NCBI GenBank assembly: GCA_041738275.1
Contig: JBGSQD010000020.1
Location: 3,441 to 27,440 of the forward strand
Origin: Geobacterales bacterium
GTDB taxonomy: Bacteria; Desulfobacterota; Desulfuromonadia; Geobacterales; Pseudopelobacteraceae
Direction of reading: 5' to 3'
Length of the DNA: 24,000 bases
In this document: positions 9,415-16,901 of the stretch, piece after piece
Layout of the letters: each line of letters opens with the position of its first letter
How positions within the stretch are numbered: position 1 is the stretch's first letter
The notes under the pieces: generated by a model
The model's input: only the letters and a program-made list of their open reading frames with translations
Told to the model about the DNA's origin: nothing
Database searches by the model: none
Made by a program: the position numbers and the translations under genes

Positions 9415-11962
9415 CAGAAGGGATTTTTTGAAGGCATCGCTGGCGGCTGGGGTAATCGTAACCCTTGACGGCCCCTTGTTTAACGCCCTGACCTTTGCCG
9501 CAGCGGAGGGAGGAGTGAAGCCGGGTAACTGGATGCCATCGACCTGTCAGGGATGCACCGCCTGGTGTCCGGTGGAATTTTTCGTTCAGGATGGCCGGAT
9601 CGCCAAGGTGCGAGGCAACCAGCTCAGCAAGGCCAACAGCGGCTTCTGCTGTCCAAGGGGCCATCTGATGGTCCAACAGGCCTATGACCCTGACCGGATC
9701 AAGGTGCCCATGAAGCGCACCAATCCAGCCAAGGGTCGCGGTATTGACCCAAAATTCGTCCCCATAACCTGGGATGAAGCGCTGGACACCATAGCCGACC
9801 AGATGCTGGCGTTGCGCAAGGCCAACGAGCCGGAAAAATTCATGTACATGCGCGGCCGCTATTCTCCCACCTCCACCGAGCTGCTTTACGGAACCCTGCC
9901 CAAGATCTACGGCACCCCCAACTACTTCTCCCACAGCGCTATCTGCGCCGAGGCCGAGAAGATGGGGCCGGGGCTTACCCAGGGTTTTTTCGGCTACCGC
10001 GACTACGACCTGGCCAAGACCACCTGTCTGGTGGTATGGGGATGTGATCCGCTCAGTTCCAACCGCCAGGTGCCCAACACCATCAACAAGTTTGGCGATA
10101 TCCTTGATCGGGGCAGTGTTATCTGTGTTGACCCACGTCTCTCAACTGCCGCTGCCAAGGCGACCGAGTGGCTTCCCATCAAGCCGGGCGAGGATGGCGC
10201 CCTGGCATCAGCTCTTGCCCACGTCATCATGACCGATGGGATGTGGAGCAAGGAATTCGTAGGCGATTTCAAGGAAGGCAAGAACCTCTTCAAGAGCGGC
10301 GCTGTCGTTGATGAGGCTGCCTTTGTGGAGAAGCAGACCCATGGTGTGGTCAAGTGGTGGAATATCGAACTGAAGGACAAGACCCCGGCCTGGGCCGCCA
10401 AGATCACCCTGATTCCGGAGGAGCAGATTATGCGTGTGGCCCGTGCCATGGGCAAGGCTGGATCAAAGACAGCTGTCTGGATGGGCCCGGGGGTTGCCAT
10501 GACTCCGCGTGGTACCTATGCCGGCATGGCGGTGTATGCCCTGAACGGTCTCCTCGGCTCCATCGAAACCGAGGGGGGGGTGTTCCAGAGTTCCAGCGCT
10601 CCGGTAGAGAAATTCCCGAAACCCGACGCGTTTATCGATGAACTGGCCAAACACCACGGCCACGGCAAAAAGATCGATGGTCGCGGCGCCAAGGACATGC
10701 CGGCCATGATGAACGCCAAGCCGGGCAGCGGCGTGGTCACCAATAACGTGGCCAACGCCCTGCTGAAGGATCCGGAATCCATCAAGGTATTCCTCAGCAC
10801 CTGGAGTAACTTTGTCTTTTCAGGCACCGGCACGCAGCGTTGGGAAAAGGCCATGGCAAAGATGCCTTTCTTTGCCCATGTGGTTACCAATGCCTCGGAG
10901 ATGACCCAGTATGCTGACATCGTCCTGCCGGCCACCTTCGGTCCGGCTGAAAAACTTTCGATCATCACCAATATGGCCAATCTGCACGGCCATATGTCGA
11001 TCCAGCAGCCGGTGATCAAGCCGCTCTGGCAGGCCAAGGCAGAGGAGACCGAGGTGATGTGGCTCCTGGCCGAGAAGCTCAAGGCCAAAGGTTTTGCCAA
11101 TCTTTATGAGTACTACGCCTCCTTCGAGGATCCTGAAAACAAGAAGAAGCCGACCAATGCCGCGGAGTTTGCCGAGATTGCCGCCAAGATCTCCAGCCAG
11201 AAGGTCTGGAACGGCAAGGAAAAGATGAAGGGGGATCAGATTGCCGGCTGGGAAGATTTCAGGAAAAAGGGCATTTACAACACCGAAACCTATAAATACA
11301 AGAAGAACTGGGGCAAGGACAACCCCGAGACCAAGAAGTTCGAAGGGCATTTCAAGACCGAGACGAAGAAGTTCGAATTCTACAGCGAGACCATGAAGAA
11401 GGGGCTTGCCGAACATGCCAAGAAGCATAATACCACCATCGATGACATCCTTAAGGTAAGCGGCTACGAGGCCCAGGGCGAACTGGCCTTTGTGCCGCAC
11501 TATGAGTCGCCCAAACGCCATGGCAGCGAAGCGGAATATCCCTTCACCTTCATTGACCACAAGTCGCGCCTCAACCGCGAAGGGCGCAGCGCCAACACCC
11601 CCTGGTACCAGGAGTTCAAGAAGGTTGATGTGGGTGACAAGAGTTGGGACGATGTGGCCAAGATCAATCCGCTGGATGCCAAAAAGCTGGGGATCAAGGA
11701 TGGCGACAAGATCCGCCTGACCTCCACCACCGGAACTATCGTCACCAAGGCCAGGTTGTGGGAGGGTGTACGACAAGGCACGGTGGCAAAGTGTTACGGC
11801 CAGGGACACTGGGCCTACGGCCGGGTGGCTGCCAAGGATTACGCCAAGGCTCAAGCACGCGGCGCCAACAATAACGAGCTTCTGGTCGACGACTATGATC
11901 GTTTGAGCGGCGCCACTGCCCGCAATGGCGGCTTTACCGGCGTCAAGATCGAGAAGGCATAG
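9404..11962 (+). CDS. arrA: Respiratory arsenate reductase catalytic subunit (Mo-bisPGD enzyme, Tat-exported)
   Basis: AGGAGA lies 6 nt before ATG 9404. Tat motif RRDFLK. CQGCTAWC-X26-CC [4Fe-4S] motif. RGRY (9851-9862) and HSAICAEAEK (9932-9961) match my recollection of Arr active-site motifs. Confidence 0.8.
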   Translation: MKINRRDFLKASLAAGVIVTLDGPLFNALTFAAAEGGVKPGNWMPSTCQGCTAWCPVEFFVQDGRIAKVRGNQLSKANSGFCCPRGHLMVQQAYDPDRIKVPMKRTNPAKGRGIDPKFVPITWDEALDTIADQMLALRKANEPEKFMYMRGRYSPTSTELLYGTLPKIYGTPNYFSHSAICAEAEKMGPGLTQGFFGYRDYDLAKTTCLVVWGCDPLSSNRQVPNTINKFGDILDRGSVICVDPRLSTAAAKATEWLPIKPGEDGALASALAHVIMTDGMWSKEFVGDFKEGKNLFKSGAVVDEAAFVEKQTHGVVKWWNIELKDKTPAWAAKITLIPEEQIMRVARAMGKAGSKTAVWMGPGVAMTPRGTYAGMAVYALNGLLGSIETEGGVFQSSSAPVEKFPKPDAFIDELAKHHGHGKKIDGRGAKDMPAMMNAKPGSGVVTNNVANALLKDPESIKVFLSTWSNFVFSGTGTQRWEKAMAKMPFFAHVVTNASEMTQYADIVLPATFGPAEKLSIITNMANLHGHMSIQQPVIKPLWQAKAEETEVMWLLAEKLKAKGFANLYEYYASFEDPENKKKPTNAAEFAEIAAKISSQKVWNGKEKMKGDQIAGWEDFRKKGIYNTETYKYKKNWGKDNPETKKFEGHFKTETKKFEFYSETMKKGLAEHAKKHNTTIDDILKVSGYEAQGELAFVPHYESPKRHGSEAEYPFTFIDHKSRLNREGRSANTPWYQEFKKVDVGDKSWDDVAKINPLDAKKLGIKDGDKIRLTSTTGTIVTKARLWEGVRQGTVAKCYGQGHWAYGRVAAKDYAKAQARGANNNELLVDDYDRLSGATARNGGFTGVKIEKA

Positions 11963-11980
11963 GAAAGGGGGGATAAATAA

Positions 11981-12811
11981 ATGTCAAAACAATATGGAAT
12001 GGTTATAGATATGCAGAAATGTGTGGGTTGCGGGGCTTGTGCCCTGGCCTGCAAGACCGAAAACAGCACCCAGGGGAGAAATCGTGGGCAAACCTTCAAC
12101 TGGGCGGACTTTCTCATCAAAGAGGATGGGAAATTCCCCAATGCCCGCACCGAAACCATTCCTACCCGGTGCAACCACTGCACCGATCCGGAATGCATCA
12201 AAGGCTGCCCGAAACCGCAGGCGTTGTACAAATCGGAAGAAGGCCTCACACTGTTCAATCACAAATACTGTATCCAGTGCAAAAAATGCCAGGAAAAATG
12301 CCCATACAGCGCCAAGGATGTGGACAAGGAACACGTTCAATACAGCGTCATCAGCTATAACGAGGTAGGTGTCGAAATCAACGAGTTTTACAAGGACAAG
12401 TCAGAGATGATCAAAGGCTGTACTGCATCCGGAGCAGAGGTGACAAAGGCTGCGGGAACAACCCCCCCCAACAGGAATGAGTATGCATTCAAGGACACCA
12501 GGAACCCGCGCGATCCAAAGGTGACCCGCGGTAAGGGGGAAATGAGGGATGTGCGATCGGGCGGATGGGTCGAAAAATGCACCTTCTGCGTCCACCGGAT
12601 CAGAAACAACGAAGAACCGTACTGTGTCGTTGCCTGTCCGGCCAAGGCCCGCATTGCGGGCGACATCAATGACCCTGCCAGTGATGTGAGCAAGCTGATC
12701 AAGAAATACAAGGCGGTACATCTGAAGAACAACAAGGGTGAGTACCTTAAAGAAGGCGAGAAGGGTACCCAGCCTAATAATTATTACATCAGGGACTATA
12801 AGAAGGTGTAA
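11981..12811 (+). CDS. arrB: Arsenate reductase 4x[4Fe-4S] electron-transfer subunit
   Basis: Four Cys groups are present: CVGCGACALAC, CNHCTDPECIKGCP, CIQCKKCQEKCP and CTFC...CVVACP. This is the typical DMSO-reductase-family beta subunit position, directly after arrA. Confidence 0.8.
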   Translation: MSKQYGMVIDMQKCVGCGACALACKTENSTQGRNRGQTFNWADFLIKEDGKFPNARTETIPTRCNHCTDPECIKGCPKPQALYKSEEGLTLFNHKYCIQCKKCQEKCPYSAKDVDKEHVQYSVISYNEVGVEINEFYKDKSEMIKGCTASGAEVTKAAGTTPPNRNEYAFKDTRNPRDPKVTRGKGEMRDVRSGGWVEKCTFCVHRIRNNEEPYCVVACPAKARIAGDINDPASDVSKLIKKYKAVHLKNNKGEYLKEGEKGTQPNNYYIRDYKKV

Positions 12812-12829
12812 CTTGCGCTGTACCGTCGT

Positions 12830-12860
12830 GGCAGGGGCGGGTTTGAAACCAGTCCCTGCC
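12830..12860 (+). promoter_or_regulatory. Intercistronic imperfect stem-loop between arrB and arrD (no T-run)
   Basis: GGCAGGG (12830-12836) pairs with CCCTGCC (12854-12860), with an inner GGTT/AACC pair. It is not followed by a U-tract, so it is more likely an mRNA stability or processing element than a terminator. Confidence 0.25.
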
Positions 12861-12898
12861 GCTGAAAATACCAACTGTTCCGTAGCGCGAGGAGAAAC

Positions 12899-13546
12899 AT
12901 GCAAAAGGATGAATTTGCCGTACAGGAGTTGATGAGAGGAGAATGCTATCGCTTTCTAGCCGCATGCTTCTATCTGCCGAAAAAGGAGCTGTTTGCCGCA
13001 GAAAACCTTCTCGCCAATCTCACTCTGAGCCTGCAGGATATCTGCCCTGACGCCGCACCCTTTTCCCGGAAAATGGAAGAGAGCTTTGCCAGGTATACAG
13101 AAGAGGAACTTGCCGTGGAATACGCACGGCTCTTCGTGGGACCTTTCGGGCTGAAGGCGCCGCCATACGGATCCATCTATCTTGACAATGACCGTACTGT
13201 CATGGGACCTTCCACCATGGAGACCATAAGCTTCTACGAGAAAGAGGGGCTTGCCAGGGACGTTGAGTTCAATGAGCTTCCGGACCATATCGCAGTGGAG
13301 CTGGAGTTCATGTATTTTCTCATTTACAAAGAAGTTGAGGCGTTGAAAAAGGGAGATTTGGAACTGGCAAAGGAGTATTTTAATAAACAGGATGATTTTT
13401 GCTCTCGCTTCCTTGGTAAATGGGTTCCAAAATTTTGCGGGGAGATTAAAGAGGGGACTGAAAACGGTTTCTACAGTGCCTTGGCAGACTGCGTTACCGC
13501 ATTTGTTCAGGCGCCGGCATTAGCACAGGTGAATTCCGTTTCGTAG
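12899..13546 (+). CDS. arrD: TorD/DmsD-family redox-enzyme maturation chaperone
   Basis: Cytoplasmic 215-aa protein with a TorD-like signature (EYARLFVGPFGLKAPPYGSIYLD ... LPDHIAVELEFM), encoded last in the Mo-enzyme operon. Confidence 0.7.
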   Translation: MQKDEFAVQELMRGECYRFLAACFYLPKKELFAAENLLANLTLSLQDICPDAAPFSRKMEESFARYTEEELAVEYARLFVGPFGLKAPPYGSIYLDNDRTVMGPSTMETISFYEKEGLARDVEFNELPDHIAVELEFMYFLIYKEVEALKKGDLELAKEYFNKQDDFCSRFLGKWVPKFCGEIKEGTENGFYSALADCVTAFVQAPALAQVNSVS

Positions 13547-13581
13547 CTGTTTTACGCGAAGAAACACCATGTCTGGAAGAG

Positions 13582-13616
13582 AATCGGGACTGCCGAAGGG
13601 CAGTCCCGATTTTTTG
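13582..13616. terminator. Strong hairpin terminator between the convergent arrD and acr3 genes
   Basis: AATCGGGACTGCC, loop GAAG, GGCAGTCCCGATT (perfect 13 bp), then TTTTT on the + strand. It lies between two convergent stop codons. Confidence 0.75.
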
Positions 13617-13663
13617 TAAATCAGTAGCGTAATTAACGGCTGGATTAAATCAGTTCTGTCATG

Positions 13664-14710
13664 CTAACTGACGAACCACCTGCGTTGAAACCAGAACGCA
13701 ACATTCACCAGCCCGATCATGACCGGCACCTCCACCAATGGGCCGATAACCGCAGCAAAGGCCGCGCCGGAATTGAGTCCAAAAACTGCAATCGCCACGG
13801 CAATAGCCAATTCAAAGTTGTTACTGGCCGCGGTAAAGGCCAGGGTAGTGGTCTTGCTGTAGTCGGCCCCCATCTTTTTACCCATCCAGAATGAAACCAG
13901 AAACATGACGATAAAGTAGATCCCCAGCGGGATGGCAATGCGCACCACGTCCAGCGGCAGCTGCACAATCAGATTACCCTTCAGGCTGAACATGACCACG
14001 ATGGTAAACAGCAGGGCAATCAGTGTCATCGGGCCGATCTTCGGCACAAACTCCCGGTGATAGCGTTCCTTGCCCATGAGCTTCACGCCGATGAAACGGG
14101 TCAGCGCCCCGGCGATGCAGGGGATGCCCAGGTAGATGAAGACGCTCTCGGCAATCTGGCGGATGCTGACATCCACGATCACCCCTTTGAGACCAACCAG
14201 CGGCGGCAGAACGGTGATGAAGAACCAGGCGTAGACGCTGTAGAACAGCACCTGGAAAATGCTGTTGAAGGCCACCAGCCCGGCGGCGTATTCGGTGTTG
14301 CCCTTGGCCAGTTCGTTCCAGACGATCACCATGGCGATACAGCGCGCCAGGCCGATCATGATCAGACCCACCATATACTCCGGTTTGTCCGGCAGCAGCA
14401 GCGCTGCCAGCACGAACATCAACACCGGCCCGATCAGCCAGTTCTGGATCAGCGAGATACCGAGGATTTTCTTGTTCTGAAAAACCTCCGGCATATCCTC
14501 GTACTTCACCTTGGCAAAGGGGGGGTACATCATCAGGATCAGGCCGACGGCGATAGGGATATTGGTGGTGCCTACCTGGAAGGAGTTGATAAAGGCTTCC
14601 GTGCCGGGGACGAAATAGCCGAGACCGACGCCCAGGGCCATGGCGGCGAAGATCCAGAGGGTCAGCCAGCGGTCGAGGAAGGAGAGTTTACGGGAAACGT
14701 GTTCGGACAT
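13664..14710 (-). CDS. acr3: Arsenite efflux permease, ACR3 family
   Basis: 348-aa polytopic membrane protein. The N-terminus [25 protein letters not shown] and overall pattern are typical of ACR3. GAGGTG lies 4 nt before the ATG. Confidence 0.9.
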   Translation of the reverse strand: MSEHVSRKLSFLDRWLTLWIFAAMALGVGLGYFVPGTEAFINSFQVGTTNIPIAVGLILMMYPPFAKVKYEDMPEVFQNKKILGISLIQNWLIGPVLMFVLAALLLPDKPEYMVGLIMIGLARCIAMVIVWNELAKGNTEYAAGLVAFNSIFQVLFYSVYAWFFITVLPPLVGLKGVIVDVSIRQIAESVFIYLGIPCIAGALTRFIGVKLMGKERYHREFVPKIGPMTLIALLFTIVVMFSLKGNLIVQLPLDVVRIAIPLGIYFIVMFLVSFWMGKKMGADYSKTTTLAFTAASNNFELAIAVAIAVFGLNSGAAFAAVIGPLVEVPVMIGLVNVAFWFQRRWFVS

Positions 14711-14736
14711 GGTTCACCTCAGTGATCTGAAAGTGA

Positions 14737-14768
14737 GGATATTATATCCGCTTTTACGGATACATCAA
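14737..14768 (-). promoter_or_regulatory. Candidate internal sigma70 promoter with a palindrome over the -10, in the arsR-acr3 spacer
   Basis: Minus strand reads TTGATG (14768-14763), 16 nt, TATAAT (14746-14741). The perfect palindrome GGATAT-T-ATATCC (14737-14749) covers the -10. Confidence 0.3.
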
Positions 14769-14775
14769 GTCAAAA

Positions 14776-15123
14776 TCAGGAACACCCTGCGGGTTTGTCT
14801 TTCAGGAAGGCCGCAAGCATACGGCGGTCGGATGCTGCTTCGGGAAGGTTGGCGGCATGCTGTTTGAGGATATGGAGCAGTTCATTGCAGATAACGCAGC
14901 TTTCCTGGCTGATAGAATAGTGCATCCAGACCCCCTGGCGGCGGATATCAACCCAGCAACTGCGCTTGAGGTAGGCCAGGTGGCGCGATACGGTGGATTG
15001 GGGTAGACCCAGCACGGCCATGAGGTCGCAGACGCACAGTTCCCCCTCGGCCTGCAACAGCAGGATGATGCGCAGGCGGATCGGGTCGGAAAGGGCTTTT
15101 ATGGTTTGGGCGAGATGTTTCAT
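14776..15123 (-). CDS. arsR: ArsR/SmtB-family metalloregulator (As(III)-type)
   Basis: wHTH with the ELCVCDL metalloid-binding motif and PQSTVSRHLAYLK recognition helix. Additional Cys residues (CVIC, C-terminal GCS). Located upstream of acr3. Confidence 0.9.
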   Translation of the reverse strand: MKHLAQTIKALSDPIRLRIILLLQAEGELCVCDLMAVLGLPQSTVSRHLAYLKRSCWVDIRRQGVWMHYSISQESCVICNELLHILKQHAANLPEAASDRRMLAAFLKDKPAGCS

Positions 15124-15204
15124 GTAAGACCTATTACTCCTGCAAGGTGCCGCTATTTTTCGAAGTTATCCTGACTCACCATTTACCAAATGAAGCATGA
15201 CATG

Positions 15205-15235
15205 ACATTAGGTGTTTTAACAAATTTTGTCAAAA
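15205..15235 (-). promoter_or_regulatory. Candidate arsR promoter with overlapping inverted repeat (operator candidate)
   Basis: Minus strand reads TTGACA (15233-15228), 17 nt, TAATGT (15210-15205). The inverted repeat TTTTAACAAA-T-TTTGTCAAAA (15215-15235, 1 mismatch) covers the -35 and spacer. Confidence 0.4.
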
Positions 15236-15268
15236 CTGATTTGGAATTTGGGTGGGTGTAAAGAGTGA

Positions 15269-15284
15269 CAATATGATAATATTG
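15269..15284 (+). promoter_or_regulatory. Palindrome CAATAT-GATA-ATATTG containing an extended -10-like TGaTAATAT, upstream of hgcA
   Basis: Perfect 6-bp arms. TG-N-TAATAT lies at 15274-15282, about 35 nt upstream of ATG 15319. Confidence 0.3.
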
Positions 15285-15318
15285 CAAGCTGCGAATATGT
15301 GGTGGTTGGAGACATGTA

Positions 15319-15423
15319 ATGAAAATCCAGAAAATCAGAATGGCAAATGAAGCGGAAAAGAAAAAGGTTACCGCCGTGCGCCGTCGCGCCCACGCTACTG
15401 AACCGGATAAGCCACCCTGCTGA
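15319..15423 (+). other. 34-codon ORF ending in TGC-TGA, in frame with hgcA: either an N-terminal extension of hgcA via UGA recoding or a leader peptide
   Basis: ATG 15319 lies 6 nt after GGAGA. It reads MKIQKIRMANEAEKKKVTAVRRRAHATEPDKPPC-TGA and then continues in the hgcA frame with no canonical start codon until GTG 15508. Confidence 0.35.
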
Positions 15424-15507
15424 GGCCCTCCCACCTCTGCCGGCGGCGGAGAAATAAGCGAGAAGGTTCCAGGTTTCCTGGGGTGGCTGCAAACCGAAGC
15501 TGGGCAG

Positions 15508-16473
15508 GTGGCGCGAGTGTCCACGGAACTCGCCTTTGCCGACCGGCTTGGGGCCTGCAAGGCGCGCTGGGGCATTGGGCGGATGAACTTCATGGTTCCG
15601 CCCGGGCTTTATGCCATAGGAAATCCCGGACCTGCTGATCAGGTGGTTGTTACCGCCAATTACAAGATGAGCTACGACATTGTGCGCAGCAGTTTGGCCG
15701 GGCGCAATGTCTGGCTGCTGGTGCTTGAAACCTATGGAATAAATGTCTGGTGCGCAGCGGGTAAGGGGACCTTCGGCACGGACGAGCTGGTGCGCCGGAT
15801 CGCAGCCAGCGGACTGGCGCAGGTGGTCAGCCATCGACGCCTGCTGCTGCCGATACTCGGAGCGCCCGGCGTGTCGGCACACAAGGTTGCCCGGCGCAGC
15901 GGATTCAACATCAGCTACGCCGCCATCAGGGCCGATGACCTGCCTGAATACCTGGATAACGGTATGGCCACCACACCTGATATGCGGGAGTTGACCTTCA
16001 CCTTTTACGAGCGGCTGGTGCTGATCCCGGTGGAACTGGTACTGGCGCTGAAGTCGATTGCCCTGGGGGGCTTCGGGCTTTTCCTGCTGTTTTACGTTTC
16101 GAGCACCCCCATGGCGGGACTTACCGCCTTCCTCGCCTGGTTTGGCGCTTCATTGACCGGAAATGTTGTTGGACCGCTCCTGCTTCCCTGGCTCCCTGGG
16201 CGCAGTTTTGCCGTGAAAGGGGCCGTGGCTGGATTGGCATGGGTCGCGCTGTTCTATCTGCTGGCCGGAGGATCCGGCTGGAACCGGTGGGCGACTGTTG
16301 CCGCATTTCTGGTGCTTCCTGCCGTGAGCGCCTTCTTCACACTTAATTTCACCGGCTGTTCCCCCTATACCTCCCGTTCAGGAGTGAAAAAGGAGATGGC
16401 TATCGCCCTGCCGTCCATGGGCGGCGCTATTGTCATGGGTCTTCTGATGCTGCTGGCGAGCCGTTTCCTGTAA
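15508..16473 (+). CDS. hgcA: Mercury methylation corrinoid protein HgcA (the start may lie upstream; see findings)
   Basis: The diagnostic cap-helix motif NVWCAAGK is at nt 15742-15765. The N-terminal corrinoid-binding domain is followed by a C-terminal multi-TM domain, and hgcB follows 19 nt downstream. Confidence 0.9.
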   Translation: MARVSTELAFADRLGACKARWGIGRMNFMVPPGLYAIGNPGPADQVVVTANYKMSYDIVRSSLAGRNVWLLVLETYGINVWCAAGKGTFGTDELVRRIAASGLAQVVSHRRLLLPILGAPGVSAHKVARRSGFNISYAAIRADDLPEYLDNGMATTPDMRELTFTFYERLVLIPVELVLALKSIALGGFGLFLLFYVSSTPMAGLTAFLAWFGASLTGNVVGPLLLPWLPGRSFAVKGAVAGLAWVALFYLLAGGSGWNRWATVAAFLVLPAVSAFFTLNFTGCSPYTSRSGVKKEMAIALPSMGGAIVMGLLMLLASRFL

Positions 16474-16492
16474 TCAATGAAGGAGTGATATT

Positions 16493-16786
16493 TTGAAAGG
16501 TTTCAGATATTTGAAGTCAGTAGCCACCCTGAAGCTTGATCAGGCCGTCTGCATCGGCTGCGGCAGGTGCCTGGAGGTCTGTCCGCATCAGGTATTCTCT
16601 CTGACGGGAAAAAAGGCCGCCATCACGGACCTGAACGCCTGTATGGAGTGCGGGGCCTGTGCGCTCAACTGCCCGGTCAAGGCGATTGCCGTGGACTCCG
16701 GTGTCGGTTGCGCCACAGGGCTGATCAACGAATGGTTGCAGGAGCGGAAGCTGGTTAAGGTTGGGAGCGGGAGTTGCTGTTCCTGA
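16493..16786 (+). CDS. hgcB: Mercury methylation 2[4Fe-4S] ferredoxin HgcB
   Basis: TTG start 7 nt after AGGAG. MKGFRYL... N-terminus, two CX2CX2CX3CP motifs, a conserved Cys at position 73 and a C-terminal Cys-Cys (..GSGSCCS). Confidence 0.9.
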   Translation: MKGFRYLKSVATLKLDQAVCIGCGRCLEVCPHQVFSLTGKKAAITDLNACMECGACALNCPVKAIAVDSGVGCATGLINEWLQERKLVKVGSGSCCS

Positions 16787-16849
16787 TCTTTGCCGAAGTG
16801 GTGAAATCGAGAGATCGGGAAAAGTTTTATGCTTTTTATATGAGCATGC

Positions 16850-16863
16850 TCATTTTTATGTTG
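16850..16863. promoter_or_regulatory. Perfect 14-bp palindrome ATGAGCATGCTCAT (TetR operator candidate 1)
   Basis: The sequence is self-complementary. It sits in a TTTTATA...TTTTTA context upstream of the TetR gene. Confidence 0.5.
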
Positions 16864-16887
16864 CGCTTCGTTCGGAAGGGTTTTATA

Positions 16888-16901
16888 GTGAGCACGCTCA
16901 T
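16888..16901. promoter_or_regulatory. Near-palindrome GTGAGCACGCTCAT (TetR operator candidate 2)
   Basis: Second copy of the same ~25-bp unit (TTTTATAgtGAGCAcGCTCATTTTTA), 38 bp downstream of the first and 19 nt before ATG 16920. Confidence 0.5.

Noticed and set aside
9404-11962. Alternative identities for the Mo-enzyme: arsenite oxidase ArxA, or polysulfide, thiosulfate or tetrathionate reductase.
   Set aside because: RGRY (rather than the Arx-type motif) is present, together with the H-S-x-x-C-x4-K...Y spacing and the arsenic-specific neighbours (arsR, acr3, ArrX-like sensors), all of which favour Arr. This still needs phylogeny for confirmation.
15190-15261. A 23-codon ORF (MKHDMTLGVLTNFVKTDLEFGWV) in the arsR/hgcA intergenic region.
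   Set aside because: There is no SD. It overlaps the predicted arsR promoter and operator, so the sequence is better explained as regulatory DNA.
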